Positions 22,300-34,851 of a DNA stretch of 64,000 nucleotides are shown here, piece by piece. Source of the stretch: Flectonema sp. DT1601. Taxonomy: Eukaryota. A program made the position numbers and the translations under genes. Every line of letters starts with the position of its first letter. Position 1 is the first letter of the stretch. The stretch spans positions 310,001 to 374,000 of the forward strand of contig OZ025802.1 in NCBI GenBank assembly GCA_964019425.1. Reading direction: 5' to 3'. Under the pieces are notes generated by a model. It was given only the letters and a program-made list of their open reading frames with translations. It did not search any database and was not told the DNA's origin.

Positions 22300-25200
22300 T
22301 TGCTGTTGCCTTTTTTTTCTCTTCCTGAAAAACAGGTGCACCTACTTTCTGAAAAATTGTACTTGTTCTACAACTTTACTTGTCATAAGCGGTCTCTCTT
22401 GTCATGTGGCCATGTTTCTAGTTTGAAACAAAACATAAGAACATTGTCGGCTTATGCGCGTTACTTCACACAGCATAGCCTTTATTGGAGTTCCAATATG
22501 TTTAGTCCAGATGTTCACCTGATCTGAACGTATGTTGCCCCTCACGCCTACTTCAATTGTGAAAACATTGCAATCAAAATTATTTGCAATGATCGTTTTC
22601 TGAAGGTCTTCGTACCTTTTTTCTTTTATCTCCTTCGAGATTTCAAATCCGTCCTCATTGGGGCAAGTGAGTTCAATAATTATTGTTCTCTTTGCGCTCT
22701 TTGAGTAGAGGAAGATGTCAGGCCTTTGTAAGGTGACGACATGTGTTATGAACTCTGGGATTTGCATCCTTCTGTTACCAATGTCATCCAGTAAGACCCA
22801 ATCACTCGCAAGGTTAATATCGCCAGGTACCAATTCAAACTTGCTCAATCCCATTTCTGTTGGATCATGTGGGTCTCCCGTTTTTCTAAATGTTTTACTG
22901 GGGTGGGGAACTTCAACCGCTTTTTTTTTCTCCTTTTTTCTAAATAAACATTAAGAAAGTCAACTATTCTTTTTAAAACACTGTCATGTCTCCATGTAAA
23001 ACGCCCTTGCTTTAATGCAACTGGACAAGCTGTGAGCACATGACGCAACGTTGGGTTGACTCTTCCACATAAAATACAGTTTTGGTCAGCGTTCGCAATC
23101 GACCATCTGCGGAGGTTGTCCTGTGATGACAATGTGTTGGTCGTTGCTTTCAGCTGGAAGGAAATGTACGATGGGTCTCCTTCTCTCAAGATGCGGTTCC
23201 AAGAGAAGCCATTTTGCATGCAGTTGCTCCATGACTTCCATTCATCTTGCATTTGTAGCTTCTCGAGTGAATGAAGTAATTCACCCGTCGCTTCTTCTTC
23301 GTACTTTTTTAATAGATCTGGACGGGTTGGTTTTAGATCTCGCAATCTATGGCCCATGCCAGCTCTTTGGACAGCTAAGGTACGGTACGAAAAATACTTT
23401 AGCAGTCTCTCCCAGTCCTTAGAGGCTGAGTACTTTTTCGACCAGTTCTTTGTCCTTTCGCTTATTACCCAATACGTGTTCACGATATGTAATAAGTCTA
23501 ACTTAATCGATTGCGCCTGTTTGAAGAGTGTTTGTACTCTTTTGTGTCTCAAGCCAACCGTCTTTTTCGAACCAGAAAATAAAATAACTGTATCGGCAGA
23601 CCTTACTAATCTCCACCATTTTTTTAGATAAGGTAATATAGTCCTATCTAATTTCTTCGCAAACGCCAATGAAAGCTCATGTATCATTAAGCTCCATGTG
23701 AGTTTCGAAAGTAAAAGGTTTTGAACAGCCCATGCTTTTTGTGAACCATAAAGCGGCATGTCATCTGACCTTTTTACGAAATCTCTCACTTGTTTTGAAA
23801 TCCTTTTTTTCAATTCTTTTTCTTGTAGATCTGGTTCAAACCATCTACCCAGATACTTGAATTCCTTCATGTCTGTAAGGTTTTGTATGGCCTTTCCATC
23901 AATCTCTAAATTAGGATTGCATGGTTTGCCGTTTTCAAAGCTATGAGCTACGCACTTCTGCGGCTTTGCTCTCATTCCTTTAGACCATGATAAAAAACGT
24001 GAGAGTTGTTTTAATAAAACTTTTGAACCTGCCTTTGTTGATGTTATCTGTAAGTCATCGGCAAATGCCGCAAGTAACAAATCAATCTTTTCTTCTGTGT
24101 TCTTCAAAGAAAAGCGATATACTTCATCCTTAGAGCAGGCAAGTGTTGCGAGTAATAACTGAAAGACAAGACTAAAAAGGGTCGGCAATACAACACATCC
24201 CTGGAAGACTCCTGATTCAAAGTCCACTGGTTCTGTGAGTTCATCTTTCACTCTTATCTGCACTCGCAGCTTTGAGTAATAAAACTTAAAAAAATCAATC
24301 ACACTCTTGCTAATTCCGAAATATTCCATCGCGAAAAAAATAAGTTGGTAATTTGCTTTCCATGTCTGTACAGCACCTGAATAAAGAATATAAAGTAATA
24401 CGCACAACTGGCAGAACAGATACTAAGGACATTCATGTGACCCTATCCTAATCTTAGATAGGTTCACCGCGCTGGGGTAGTGCCAGGTCCTGACGGGACA
24501 CCGGCACCAACACCTTTTGAATTGAAGAGTGGAAGTGGGTGAGTGGCTGTGAACTGCAGAAGAAGTTCGATAATAACGATAAAACTAATAACAGTACCAC
24601 TCACGCCGAATATATAATATGCACGAGGTAAGAGAAGTGGAATAAAATACACACAAAGTAATTTCGGTAGTTTATGTTTTCTTTGTCATCGGCGCTGCTT
24701 TAGGACATGGTAGCAAATTACCTAAATGGAATTTCAATGTTTAACAGAGCCAAAGGCATCTGCTAAGTCCACCCAAACAACTACCAAGTTTCTCTTGTTC
24801 ATCTTGGCATCCTTCAGGGCTTCTCTTGTTATCGAAGCATGTTCGATACATCCAAGTACACCTCAGGAATCCCTTTTGAAACGGGAATTTCGCAAGCGTG
24901 TGAGTCGTCATTGCCTCTTGCAGAAAGGAATTGGATAGCTTCCCATCACAATTACCTACTGCAATCGGTCTCGCCTTTGTGATGTCTTTACCATCAGAGT
25001 TTGGCTTGGGAAGCATACTGACATAAGCAAGCCCCCAGCTCTCTGGGTATTGTTTCTTTGTAAAGATCATCTCAAAGACTTTGTAAAGTGCTTCCGCAAA
25101 AATTGGAACCTTTTTCCAAACTAAATAAGGCAAACAGTTTGGCCCAGCTGCGCACTTGTTTTTTTCTTTTCCATAATACATACAAACGCTGCCAAACTTG

Positions 25201-25630
25201 AAAATTCTACTTCGCTCATAATCGAGCCATTACTTGTTGGTAAAAATTCAGGGTGTAAACAAACAGTATCTTTCTCTTTATCTGACTAACAATGACGGAA
25301 ATACTCAATTATTTCTTCTTTTACAATGTCTAATGGGGGAGGAGTTGGGTCGTCTTTTTTTTATTCATTTTTAATTGCTTCGAAAGGGTTGTTCTAAAAT
25401 TCGCTTTGCTTTTTTTTGAAATTATTCTTCTGTTTGATTCTCTCATACATGTGAAAGATTCTCTTCATCCTTTTTCGGGCCTCTTTCCACTCTAATGTGT
25501 TTTGATAAGAGTTCCCGTTTGTCCTTAAATTTCGACGTAGTTCTTTCAGAACTAGTCGGCATTCTTTCTTTTCTTGTTCAAGGATGCTCTCTCTTCAAGT
25601 GAGAGAATTTTTTTCCCTTTCCATTTCCTT
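22300..25630 (-). mobile_element. Degenerate HERO-like non-LTR retrotransposon (RT, zinc knuckle, restriction-like endonuclease)
   Basis: RT motifs RPIAV, WVDLADAFGSV, GVFQG, FADDL and KYLG. CCHC knuckle CILC..HVLTAC and RHD. RLE motifs RPDI..IIELTCP. Several frameshifts. Boundaries are approximate. Confidence 0.85.
24348..24736 (-). mobile_element. Non-autonomous DIRS/VIPER-like mini-element inserted in the RT ORF
   Basis: Splits FGSVKH/QLIFF. Inverted termini GGTAATTTGCT(T/A)...CCATGTC at 24347-24366 and 24704-24722. The body matches 57527-57681 and resembles 57350-57530. Confidence 0.7.
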
Positions 25631-25635
25631 TAACC

Positions 25636-26455
25636 GTTGTTTGTTAGCTGCTGGTGTAACTTGATCATGTGTTGATACTTGCATTTATTTATTTGTAATA
25701 TTTTACTGCATCACTCTTGTCTATATCTTTCCTTTTTATTCCCTATCTGTTCGGGCCCGTTACTTCATTAGTCTCGCTTAACTTCAGTTATATCCATTTT
25801 ACTTTTTAATGTTTCCCATCTGCTTTATATTTTCTATTCGTTCTGGTCAGAAACCCCTGGGCAGCAAGAAGGAAAGCAGTTGAGTACTTCAGGGTGTTTG
25901 GCATCACCCCCCATAGTGAGCAAGTACAACAGGCAGCATTGGTAGTCTGTTGATCCTGAGTGATCCCAGCTACAGTTTTGTTTGTCTTTCTTTCTTTTTT
26001 TTAGAAGAAGATCAGGACAACCAAGCACTGCTGGATAGCTGCTGAATGCAGGGCCTGCCAGTGGCATTATAATAACAGGTTAAGTCATTTGTAGTTCATA
26101 GTTTACCTTTGATTTTATAACTTCACACAGGTAACTATGAACGATGAGAGATCCAGTGGGATCACTCAGGGTCGATTTCGATAAATTGGGAAGTAACGGA
26201 CTGGGAGCTTTTGGCTCCTGCCCTATTCCCGATGTAAACTTTCTTATTAGAGACCACCAATGTTGTGCGTTGATAGGCAAGGTGACCAACCTTGACATTC
26301 TTTCTTTTCTCTCCTGTTGTGACAAACACAAAATACACACACAGCTTACAGTGTGTTCTTTGTGTATGTTTTCTCCAGTTGCAAGTAGTCTTTTTGTTTT
26401 TGCTCTTCAGGGAGGGCCTTAGCCAAAAGCTAACAGACCAAATCTCACCTGGTAA
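25636..26455 (+). mobile_element. R-family retroposon 3' module, with an inverted Q terminus inserted at ~26173-26248
   Basis: Colinear with the R copies at 27.5-28.3 kb and 50.7-51.5 kb. Ends in the TTAGC-CAAAA-GCTAA stem-loop. Confidence 0.75.
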
Positions 26456-27445
26456 CTTTGTCATCTCCACACGCAAAGTTTCAAAAAACTTGCCAGCTCC
26501 ACACACAATGTTTTAAAAAACCTGCCTGCTCCACACACAAAGTTTACAAAATCTGCCAACTCCACACAAAGTTTCAAAAAACCTGCCAGCTTCACAAGCA
26601 AAGTTTCAAAAAACCTGCCAACTCCACACATAGTTTGCAAAACTTGCCATCTCCACACACAAAATTTTAAAAAACCCGCCAGCTCCAGACATCGGGAATA
26701 GGGCAGGAGCCAAAAGCTCCCAGTCCGTTACTTCCCAATTTATCGAAATCAGGGTTGAACCTTGGGAAAAAAACAAACAATAAACACAGTGTAGACAAAC
26801 ACCCGCCGGACATCTGCAGAGCAGCGATCGATGTCGATGTCTTCGTTGTCGAACTTCCTGGCGTTTATGTTTTTGTTTTTAACAACAACACAACACCAAC
26901 TAACAGGTTTGTCTCATTGCCCGTTCTTTCTTGTTTCCCTTTGCCGCCGGAAGAACGAAGGTCGACGGAGGTCCGAAGCATTGCTTGCGATGATGTTCCG
27001 GTATGTGTTGCGTCTCTGTTATTTGTTTGTTTCAACTCAATTGGTTCATCTCAGGTTTTAGAAGTCTTCGTCCTGTTCGATGGGAAGGGCCTGAATCAAA
27101 AGTTCACTGCCCCTATTCCTCTCCCAAATTTCTTATTCCTTGCCATCTCCAGACACAGAGTTTTAAAAATCTTGCCATCTCCACACGCAAAGTTTTGAAA
27201 AACCTGCCAGCTCCACAAGCAAAGTTTCAAAAAACCTGCCAACTCCACATAGTTTGCAAAACTTGCCATCTCCACACACAAAGTTTTAAAAACCCGCCAG
27301 CTCCACACACAAAGTTTTAAAAAACTTGCCATCTCCACACACAATGTTTCAAAAACCTGCCAGCTCCAGACGCAAAGTTTTAAAAAACCCGCCATCTCTA
27401 CAAACAAAGTTTAAAAAACCTGCCAGCTCCACAAGCAAAGTTTTA
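26456..27445. repeat. ~29-31 bp minisatellite in two blocks (26456-26690 and 27138-27445), flanking a Q terminus and an S-repeat fragment
   Basis: Unit approximately AAAACCTGCCAGCTCCACACACAAAGTTTTA. The same repeat occurs at 46825-46975. Confidence 0.85.
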
Positions 27446-27459
27446 AGTTGAGTTTACCG

Positions 27460-28697
27460 GTAAAGGACAAGTCTGGGATAATCCCTGCCAGAGGGGCGAG
27501 TATTCTACCATGGTTGAAATACTCTGGCAACTGATCTTCAATTTTATGTTGTTTGTTAGCTGCTGGTGTATCTTGATCATGTGTTGATACTTGCATTTTT
27601 TTATTTGTAATCTTCTATTACAATTCTCTTTCTGTTCTGGTCTGTTACTTCATTTGTCTTGTTTAACTTCAGTTATATCCATTTTACTTTTTATTGTTTC
27701 CCATCTACTTTTTATTTTCTATTAGTTCTGGTCAGAAACTCCTGGGCAGCAAGAAGGAAAGCAGTTTAGTACTTCTGGGTGTTTGGCATCACCCCCCGTA
27801 GTGAGCAAGTACAACAGGTAGCATTGGTAGTCTGTTGATCCTGAGTGATCCCAGCTACAGTTTTGTTTTTCTTTCTTTTTTTTAGAAGAAGATCAGGACA
27901 TCCTAGCACTGCTGGATAGTTGCTGAATGCAGGGCCTGCCTGTGGCATTATAATAACAGGCTAAGTCATTTGTAGTTCATAGTTTACCTTTGATTTTATA
28001 ACTTCACATAGGTACTATGAACGATGAGAGATCCAGTGGGATCACTCAGGGTCTAGTAGAGACCACCAATGTTGTGCGTTGATAGGCAAGGTGACCAACC
28101 TTGACATTCTTTCTTTTCTCTCCTGTTGTGACAAACACAAAATACACACAGTGTGTTCTTTGTGTATGTTTTCTTCAGGTGTGAGTAGTTTTTTTGTTCT
28201 TGCTCTTCAGGGAGGGCCTTAGCCAAAAGCTAACAGTCCAAATCTCACCTGGTAAACTTAACTCGGTGAGATTTGGACTATGAACGATGAGAGATCCAGT
28301 GGGATCACTCAGGGTCTAGTAGAGACCACCAATGTTGTGCGTTGATAGGCAAGGTGACCAACCTTGACATTCTTTCTTTTCTCTCCTGTTGTGACAAACA
28401 CAAAATACACACACAGCTTACAGTGTGTTCTTTGTGTATGTTTTCTTCAGGTGTGAGTAGTTTTTTTGTTCTTGCTCTTCAGGGAGGGCCTTAGCCAAAA
28501 GCTAACAGTCCAAATCTCACCGAGTTAAGTTTACCAGGTGAGATTTGGACTGTTAGCTTTTGGCTAAGGCCCTCCCTGAAGAGCAAGAACAAAAAAACTA
28601 CTCACACCTGAAGAAAACATACACAAAGAACACACTGTGTGTATTTTGTGTTTGTCACAACAGGAGAGAAAAGAAAGAATGTCAAGGTTGGTCACCT
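27460..28697. mobile_element. Cluster of R copies: direct partial tandem plus a fold-back inverted copy
   Basis: R(+) 27460-28265, R(+) ~28278-28521, R(-) 28522-28697. Confidence 0.8.
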
Positions 28698-31600
28698 GAA
28701 TTTCGATAAAGTGGGAAGTAACGGACTGGGAGCTTTTGGCTCCTGCCCTATTCCCGATGTAAACTTTCTTTTTATTTTTATTTTTTTTTAACAGGCCCAA
28801 AGGGCGACAATGATGGTTGCTGACCAAGGAATAATATTCAAATGAATTTTCGTTTCAAAGAAACGAACAGAATTAAGAGAGAGGCAGAGGAAAAAAAAAA
28901 AAAAAGAAAGAAAAGAAAAGAAAAAAAAAATGAAGAGGAAATAATCAAACATGAAAAAAAAAAAAAAAAAAAATATATATATATAAATAAAAAACGTTGT
29001 ATGAAAAAGGAAAAAAAAGAAAAAAAAAAGACCAGAAAAGGAAAGAGAAAATGAAAAGGTATAATATTATTGTGGGGATATGAGGGATAGCAGGGAGATG
29101 CTCTTTTTTTTTTTTTTTTTTTTTTTTCTTATTTATTATTTAAAAAAAGGAAACAATCAGTTTAGCGTCTCGATCAGGACGGAAAATAGAAATTAATCGA
29201 CATAGTTGATCGATAGAAAAAAAAACAATGATAACATTGTTTATTCATTTTTTTTTTTTTTTTTTTTTTTTAAATCTTTTTAATTATTTTAAAGAAAAAA
29301 CAATCAGTTTAGCGTCTTGACCAGGACGGAAAATAGTAAGTAATCGACATAGTCGATCGATAAAAAAAAAACAATGATAACATTGTTTATTCCTTTTTTT
29401 TTTTTTTTATTCTTTTTATTTATTTTTAAAGAAAAAACAATCAGTTTAGCGTCTTGACCAGGACGGAAAATAGAAAGTAATCGACATAGTCGATCGATAA
29501 AAAAAACAATGATAACATTGTTTATTCTTTTTTTTTTTTTTTTTAAATTCTTTTTATTAATTTTTTAAAGAAAAAAAACGGAAAATAGAAATTAGTCAAC
29601 AAAGTCGAACGATAAAAAAAAACAATGATAACATTGTTTATTCTTTTTTTTTATTTTTTTTTTTTAATATTTTTTTTTTATTTTGAAAAAAAAACAATCA
29701 GTTTAGCGTCTTGACCAGGACGGAAAATAGAAAGTAATCGACATAGTCGATCGATAAAAAAAACAATGATAACATTGTTTATTCTTTTTTTTTTTTTTTT
29801 TTTTAAATTCTTTTTATTTATTTTTTAAAGAAAAAAAAACGGAAAATAGAAATTAGTCAACAAAGTCGAACAATAAAAAAAAAACAATGATAACATTGTT
29901 TATTCTTTTTTTTATTTTTTTTTTTTTAATATTTTTTTTATTTTGAAAAAAAAAACAATCAGTTTAGCGTCTTGACCAGGACGGAAAATAGAAAGTAATC
30001 GACATAGTCGATCGATAAAAAAAACAATGATAACATTGTTTATTCTTTTTTTTTTTTTTTTTTTTAAATTCTTTTTATTTATTTTTTAAAGAAAAAAAAC
30101 GGAAATAGAAATTAGTCAACAAAGTCGAACGATAAAAAAAAACAATGATAACATTGTTTATTCTTTTTTTTTATTTTTTTTTTTTAATATTTTTTTTATT
30201 TTGAAAAAAAAAACAATCAGTTTAGCGTCTTGACCAGGACGGAAAATAGAAAGTAATCGACATAGTCGATCGATAAAAAAAAACAATGATAACATTGTTT
30301 ATTCTTTTTTTTTATTTTAAATTCTTTTTATTTATTTTTTAAAGAAAAAAAACGGAAAATAGAAATTAGTCGACAAAGTCGAACGATAAAAAAAAAAACA
30401 ATGATAACATTGTTTATTCTTTTTTTTTTTGTATTTTTTTTAATATTCTTTTTTATTAATTTTGAAAAAAAAAAAAAACAATCAGTTTAGCGTCTTGACC
30501 AGGACGGAAAATAGAAAGTGATCGACATAGTCGATCGATAAAAAAACAATGATAACATTGTTTATTCTTTTTTTTTATTTTAGATTCTTTTTATTTATTT
30601 TTTAAAGAAAAAAAAAAACGGAAAATAGAAATTAGTCGACAAAGTCGAACGATAAAAAAAACAATGATAACATTGTTTATTCTTTTTTTTGTATTTTTTT
30701 ATATTCTTTTTTATTAATTTTGAAAAAAAAAAAACAATCAGTTTAGCGTCTTGACCAGGACGGAAAATAGAAAGTGATCGACATAGTCGATCGATAAAAA
30801 AAAACAATGATAACATTGTTTATTCTTTTTTTTTATTTTAAATTCTTTTTATTTATTCTTTAAAGAAAAGAAACGGAAAATAGAAATTAGTCGACAAAGT
30901 CGAACGATAAAAAAAAAACAATGATAACATTGTTTTTCCTTTTTTTTTTTTTTTTTTATATTCTTTTTTATTAATTTTGAAAAAAAAAAAACAATCAGTT
31001 TAGCGTCTTGACCAGGACGGAAAATAGAAAGTGATCGACATAGTCGATCGATAAAAAAACAATGATAACATTGTTTATTCTTTTTTTTTATTTTAAATTC
31101 TTTTTATTTATTCTTTAAAGAAAAGAAACGGAAAATAGAAATTAGTCGACAAAGTCGAACGATAAAAAAAAAACAATGATAACATTGTTTATTCTTTTTT
31201 TTTTTTTTTTTTATATTCTTTTTTATTAATTTTGAAAAAAAAAACAATCAGTTTAGCGTCTTGACCAGGACGGAAAATAGAAAGTGATCGACATAGTCGA
31301 TCGATAAAAAAACAATGATAACATTGTTTATTCTTTTTTTTTATTTAAAATCTTTTTATTTATTTTTTAAAGAAAAAAAACGGAAAATAGAAATTAGTCA
31401 ACAAAGTCGAACGATAAAAAAAACAATGATAACATTGTTTATTCTTTTTTTTTTTTTTTTTTTTATTAATTTTGAAAAAAAAACAATCAGTTTAGCGTCT
31501 TGACCAGGACGGAAAATAGAAAGTGATCGACATAGTCGATCGATAAAAAAACAATGATAACATTGTTTATTCTTTTTTTTTATTTTTTAAAGAAAAAAAA

Positions 31601-34600
31601 CGGAAAATAGAAATTAGTCGACAAAGTCGAACGATAAAAAAAACAATGATAACATTGTTTATTCTTTTTTTTTTTTTTTTTTATATTCTTTTTTATTAAT
31701 TTTGAAAAAAAAAACAATCAGTTTAGCGTCTTGACCAGGACGGAAAATAGAAAGTGATCGACATAGTCGATCGATAAAAAAACAATGATAACATTGTTTA
31801 TTCTTTTTTTTTATTTAAAATCTTTTTATTTATTTTTTAAAGAAAAAAAACGGAAAATAGAAATTAGTCAACAAAGTCGAACGATAAAAAAAACAATGAT
31901 AACATTGTTTATTCTTTTTTTTTTTTTTTTTTTTATTAATTTTGAAAAAAAAACAATCAGTTTAGCGTCTTGACCAGGACGGAAAATAGAAAGTGATCGA
32001 CATAGTCGATCGATAAAAAAACAATGATAACATTGTTTATTCTTTTTTTTTATTTTTTAAAGAAAAAAAACGGAAAATAGAAATTAGTCGACAAAGTCGA
32101 ACGATAAAAAAAACAATGATAACATTGTTTATTCTTTTTTTTGTATTTTTTTATATTCTTTTTTATTAATTTTGAAAAAAAAAAAACAATCAGTTTAGCG
32201 TCTTGACCAGGACGGAAAATAGAAAGTGATCGACATAGTCGATCGATAAAAAAAACAATGATAACATTGTTTATTCTTTTTTTTTTATTTTAAATTCTTT
32301 TTATTTATTCTTTAAAGAAAAGAAACGGAAAATAGAAATTAGTCGACAAAGTCGAACGATAAAAAAAAAAACAATGATAACATTGTTTATTCTTTTTTTT
32401 TTTTTTTTTTTTATATTCTTTTTTATTAATTTTGAAAAAAAAACAATCAGTTTAGCGTCTTGACCAGGACGGAAAATAGAAAGTGATCGACATAGTCGAT
32501 CGATAAAAAAACAATGATAACATTGTTTATTCTTTTTTTTTATTTTAAATTCTTTTTATTTATTTTTTTTTTAAAGAAAAAAAAACAGAAAATAGAAATT
32601 AGTCAACAAAGTCGAACGATAAAAAAAACAATGATAACATTGTTTATTCTTTTTTTTTTTTTTTTTTTTTTTATATTCTTTTTTATTAATTTTGAAAAAA
32701 AAACAATCAGTTTAGCGTCTTGACCAGGACGGAAAATAGAAAGTGATCGACATAGTCGATCGATAAAAAAACAATGATAACATTGTTTATTCTTTTTTTT
32801 TATTTTAAATTCTTTTTATTTATTTTTTTTTTAAAGAAAAAAAAACAGAAAATAGAAATTAGTCAACAAAGTCGAACGATAAAAAAAACAATGATAACAT
32901 TGTTTATTCTTTTTTTTTTTTTTTTTTTTTTTATATTCTTTTTTATTAATTTTGAAAAAAAAACAATCAGTTTAGCGTCTTGACCAGGACGGAAAATAGA
33001 AAGTGATCGACATAGTCGATCGATAAAAAAACAATGATAACATTGTTTATTCTTTTTTTTTATTTTAAATTCTTTTTATTTATTTTTTAAAGAAAAAAAA
33101 CGGAAAATAGAAATTAGTCAACAAAGTCGAACAATAAAAAAAAACAATGATAACATTGTTTATTCTTTTTTTTTTTTTTTTTTTTTTTATATTCTTTTTT
33201 ATTAATTTTGAAAAAAAAAACAATCAGTTTAGCGTCTTGACCAGGACGGAAAATAGAAAGTAATCGACATAGTCGATCGATAAAAAAACAATGATAACAT
33301 TGTTTATTCCTTTTTTTTATTTTAAATTATTTTTATTTATTATTTAAAGAAAAGAAACGGAAAATAGAAATTAGTCGACAGAGTCGAACGATAAAAAAAA
33401 ACAATGATAACATTGTTTATTCTTTTTTTTTTTTTTTTATATTCTTTTTATTAATTTTTTAAAAAAAAAAAAAAAAAACAATCAGTTTAGCGTCTTGACC
33501 AGGACGGAAAACTGGAAGTAATCGACATAGTCGATCGATAAAAAAAACAATGATAACATTGTTTCATCTTTTATATTTTTTAATTTTTTTTTATATTTGA
33601 AGAAAAGAAAGAAGAAAAAAAAAAAAAAAAAAAACAAGCGGAATTGATCATAATGGGTGGCAGGGGTTGATATAACTTCATTTGAAAATTCTTCTTTTTT
33701 AATTTCTTTTTTTTTGAAATTTTTTTTTTTTTATTTAACAGGAGTTAAGATCACTTACATGAGTTAACACAACACAGATACGAGAGTAGCAAAATGAGGT
33801 AACACTACCAATTCAACAAAAAATAATCAGGATCGGACACAAGGAGGAGAGTTCATTCTACCTCTCACTGTCCTTGCTGGTATCTTAAGTGTCTTGGTAT
33901 CTCTTGTGTGTCGGTATCTCGGAAGTGCTGGTATCTCGTATGTGCGTTGGTATCTCTTGCGTGTTGGTATCTCTTGCACATAATAAAAAAAAAATTGAGT
34001 TAACATGATCAGTTTTATTTATCATCAGAGACAGACCGGAACTATTTGAAAATAAAATGTAGATGGGAAACAGTGAAAATTAAAATGAATGATAAAATTA
34101 AATGAGATTTATGACATAACAGACCAGATAGAGAGTAATAAAGGGAAAAGGAAAACGGAAAGGGTTCATTCACTTAGTTAAAGTTAAGACCGATTAGTCA
34201 GTTTAAGGTCTTGACTAGGACCAACAAAAAAAAAAAAAAAAAAAAAAAATATATAAATAAATAAATAAATAACGATCAAGCTGAGCTGATCTTGTTTTTA
34301 TTAAAATAAGGGGAGCGGGAGGGATGGAAGGAATAAAGGGAAAAAAAAAGAAAAGGTCGATCAATTGGATCTGGTCGTCGAGAAGAAGAAGACAATTATT
34401 TTAAAGGTCGATCGGCATAGCCGATCGTTGAGAAAAATAACCAGATATAAATACAATCAGTTTAAATAAATAAAAAAAAAAAATAAATAAATAAAAAAAG
34501 TTTAACGATCAAGCTGAGCTGATCTTGTTTTTATTAAAATAAGGGGAGCGGGAGGGATGGAAGGAATAAAGGAAAAAAAAAGAAAAGGTCGATCAATTGG

Positions 34601-34690
34601 ATCTGATCGTCGAGAAGAAGAAAACAATTATTTTTAAAAAAAATGATCGGTATAGCCGATCGTTGAGAAAAGAACAGATATAAATACAAT
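28698..34690 (-). mobile_element. Q-family copy: 5'-truncated 3' region of a HERO-like retrotransposon, containing a tandem array
   Basis: Colinear with 38245-42310. The terminus GAATTTCGATAAAGTGGGAAG starts at 28698. Confidence 0.8.
29150..33570. repeat. Tandem array of roughly 35 palindrome-rich ~120-140 bp monomers, mostly A/B dimers
   Basis: Conserved blocks CGTCTTGACCAGGACG, ATCGACATAGTCGAT and AAACAATGATAACATTGTTT, separated by variable poly(T)/poly(A) runs. Confidence 0.95.
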
Positions 34691-34816
34691 CGGTTTTGGT
34701 GATCGACGAGTGGAGCGATCACTTGACAAGAAGGAAAAAAGAAAGGACCGATTAATTGGGGCTTTGGTTGTATTCCCAAGGCATGATTTTTTTTTTTTTT
34801 TTTTTTATTATTCATT

Positions 34817-34851
<35 letters not shown>

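Noticed and set aside
29150..33570. CRISPR array
   Set aside because: The intervening sequences are homopolymer-length variants rather than unique spacers. There are no cas genes and the context is eukaryotic.
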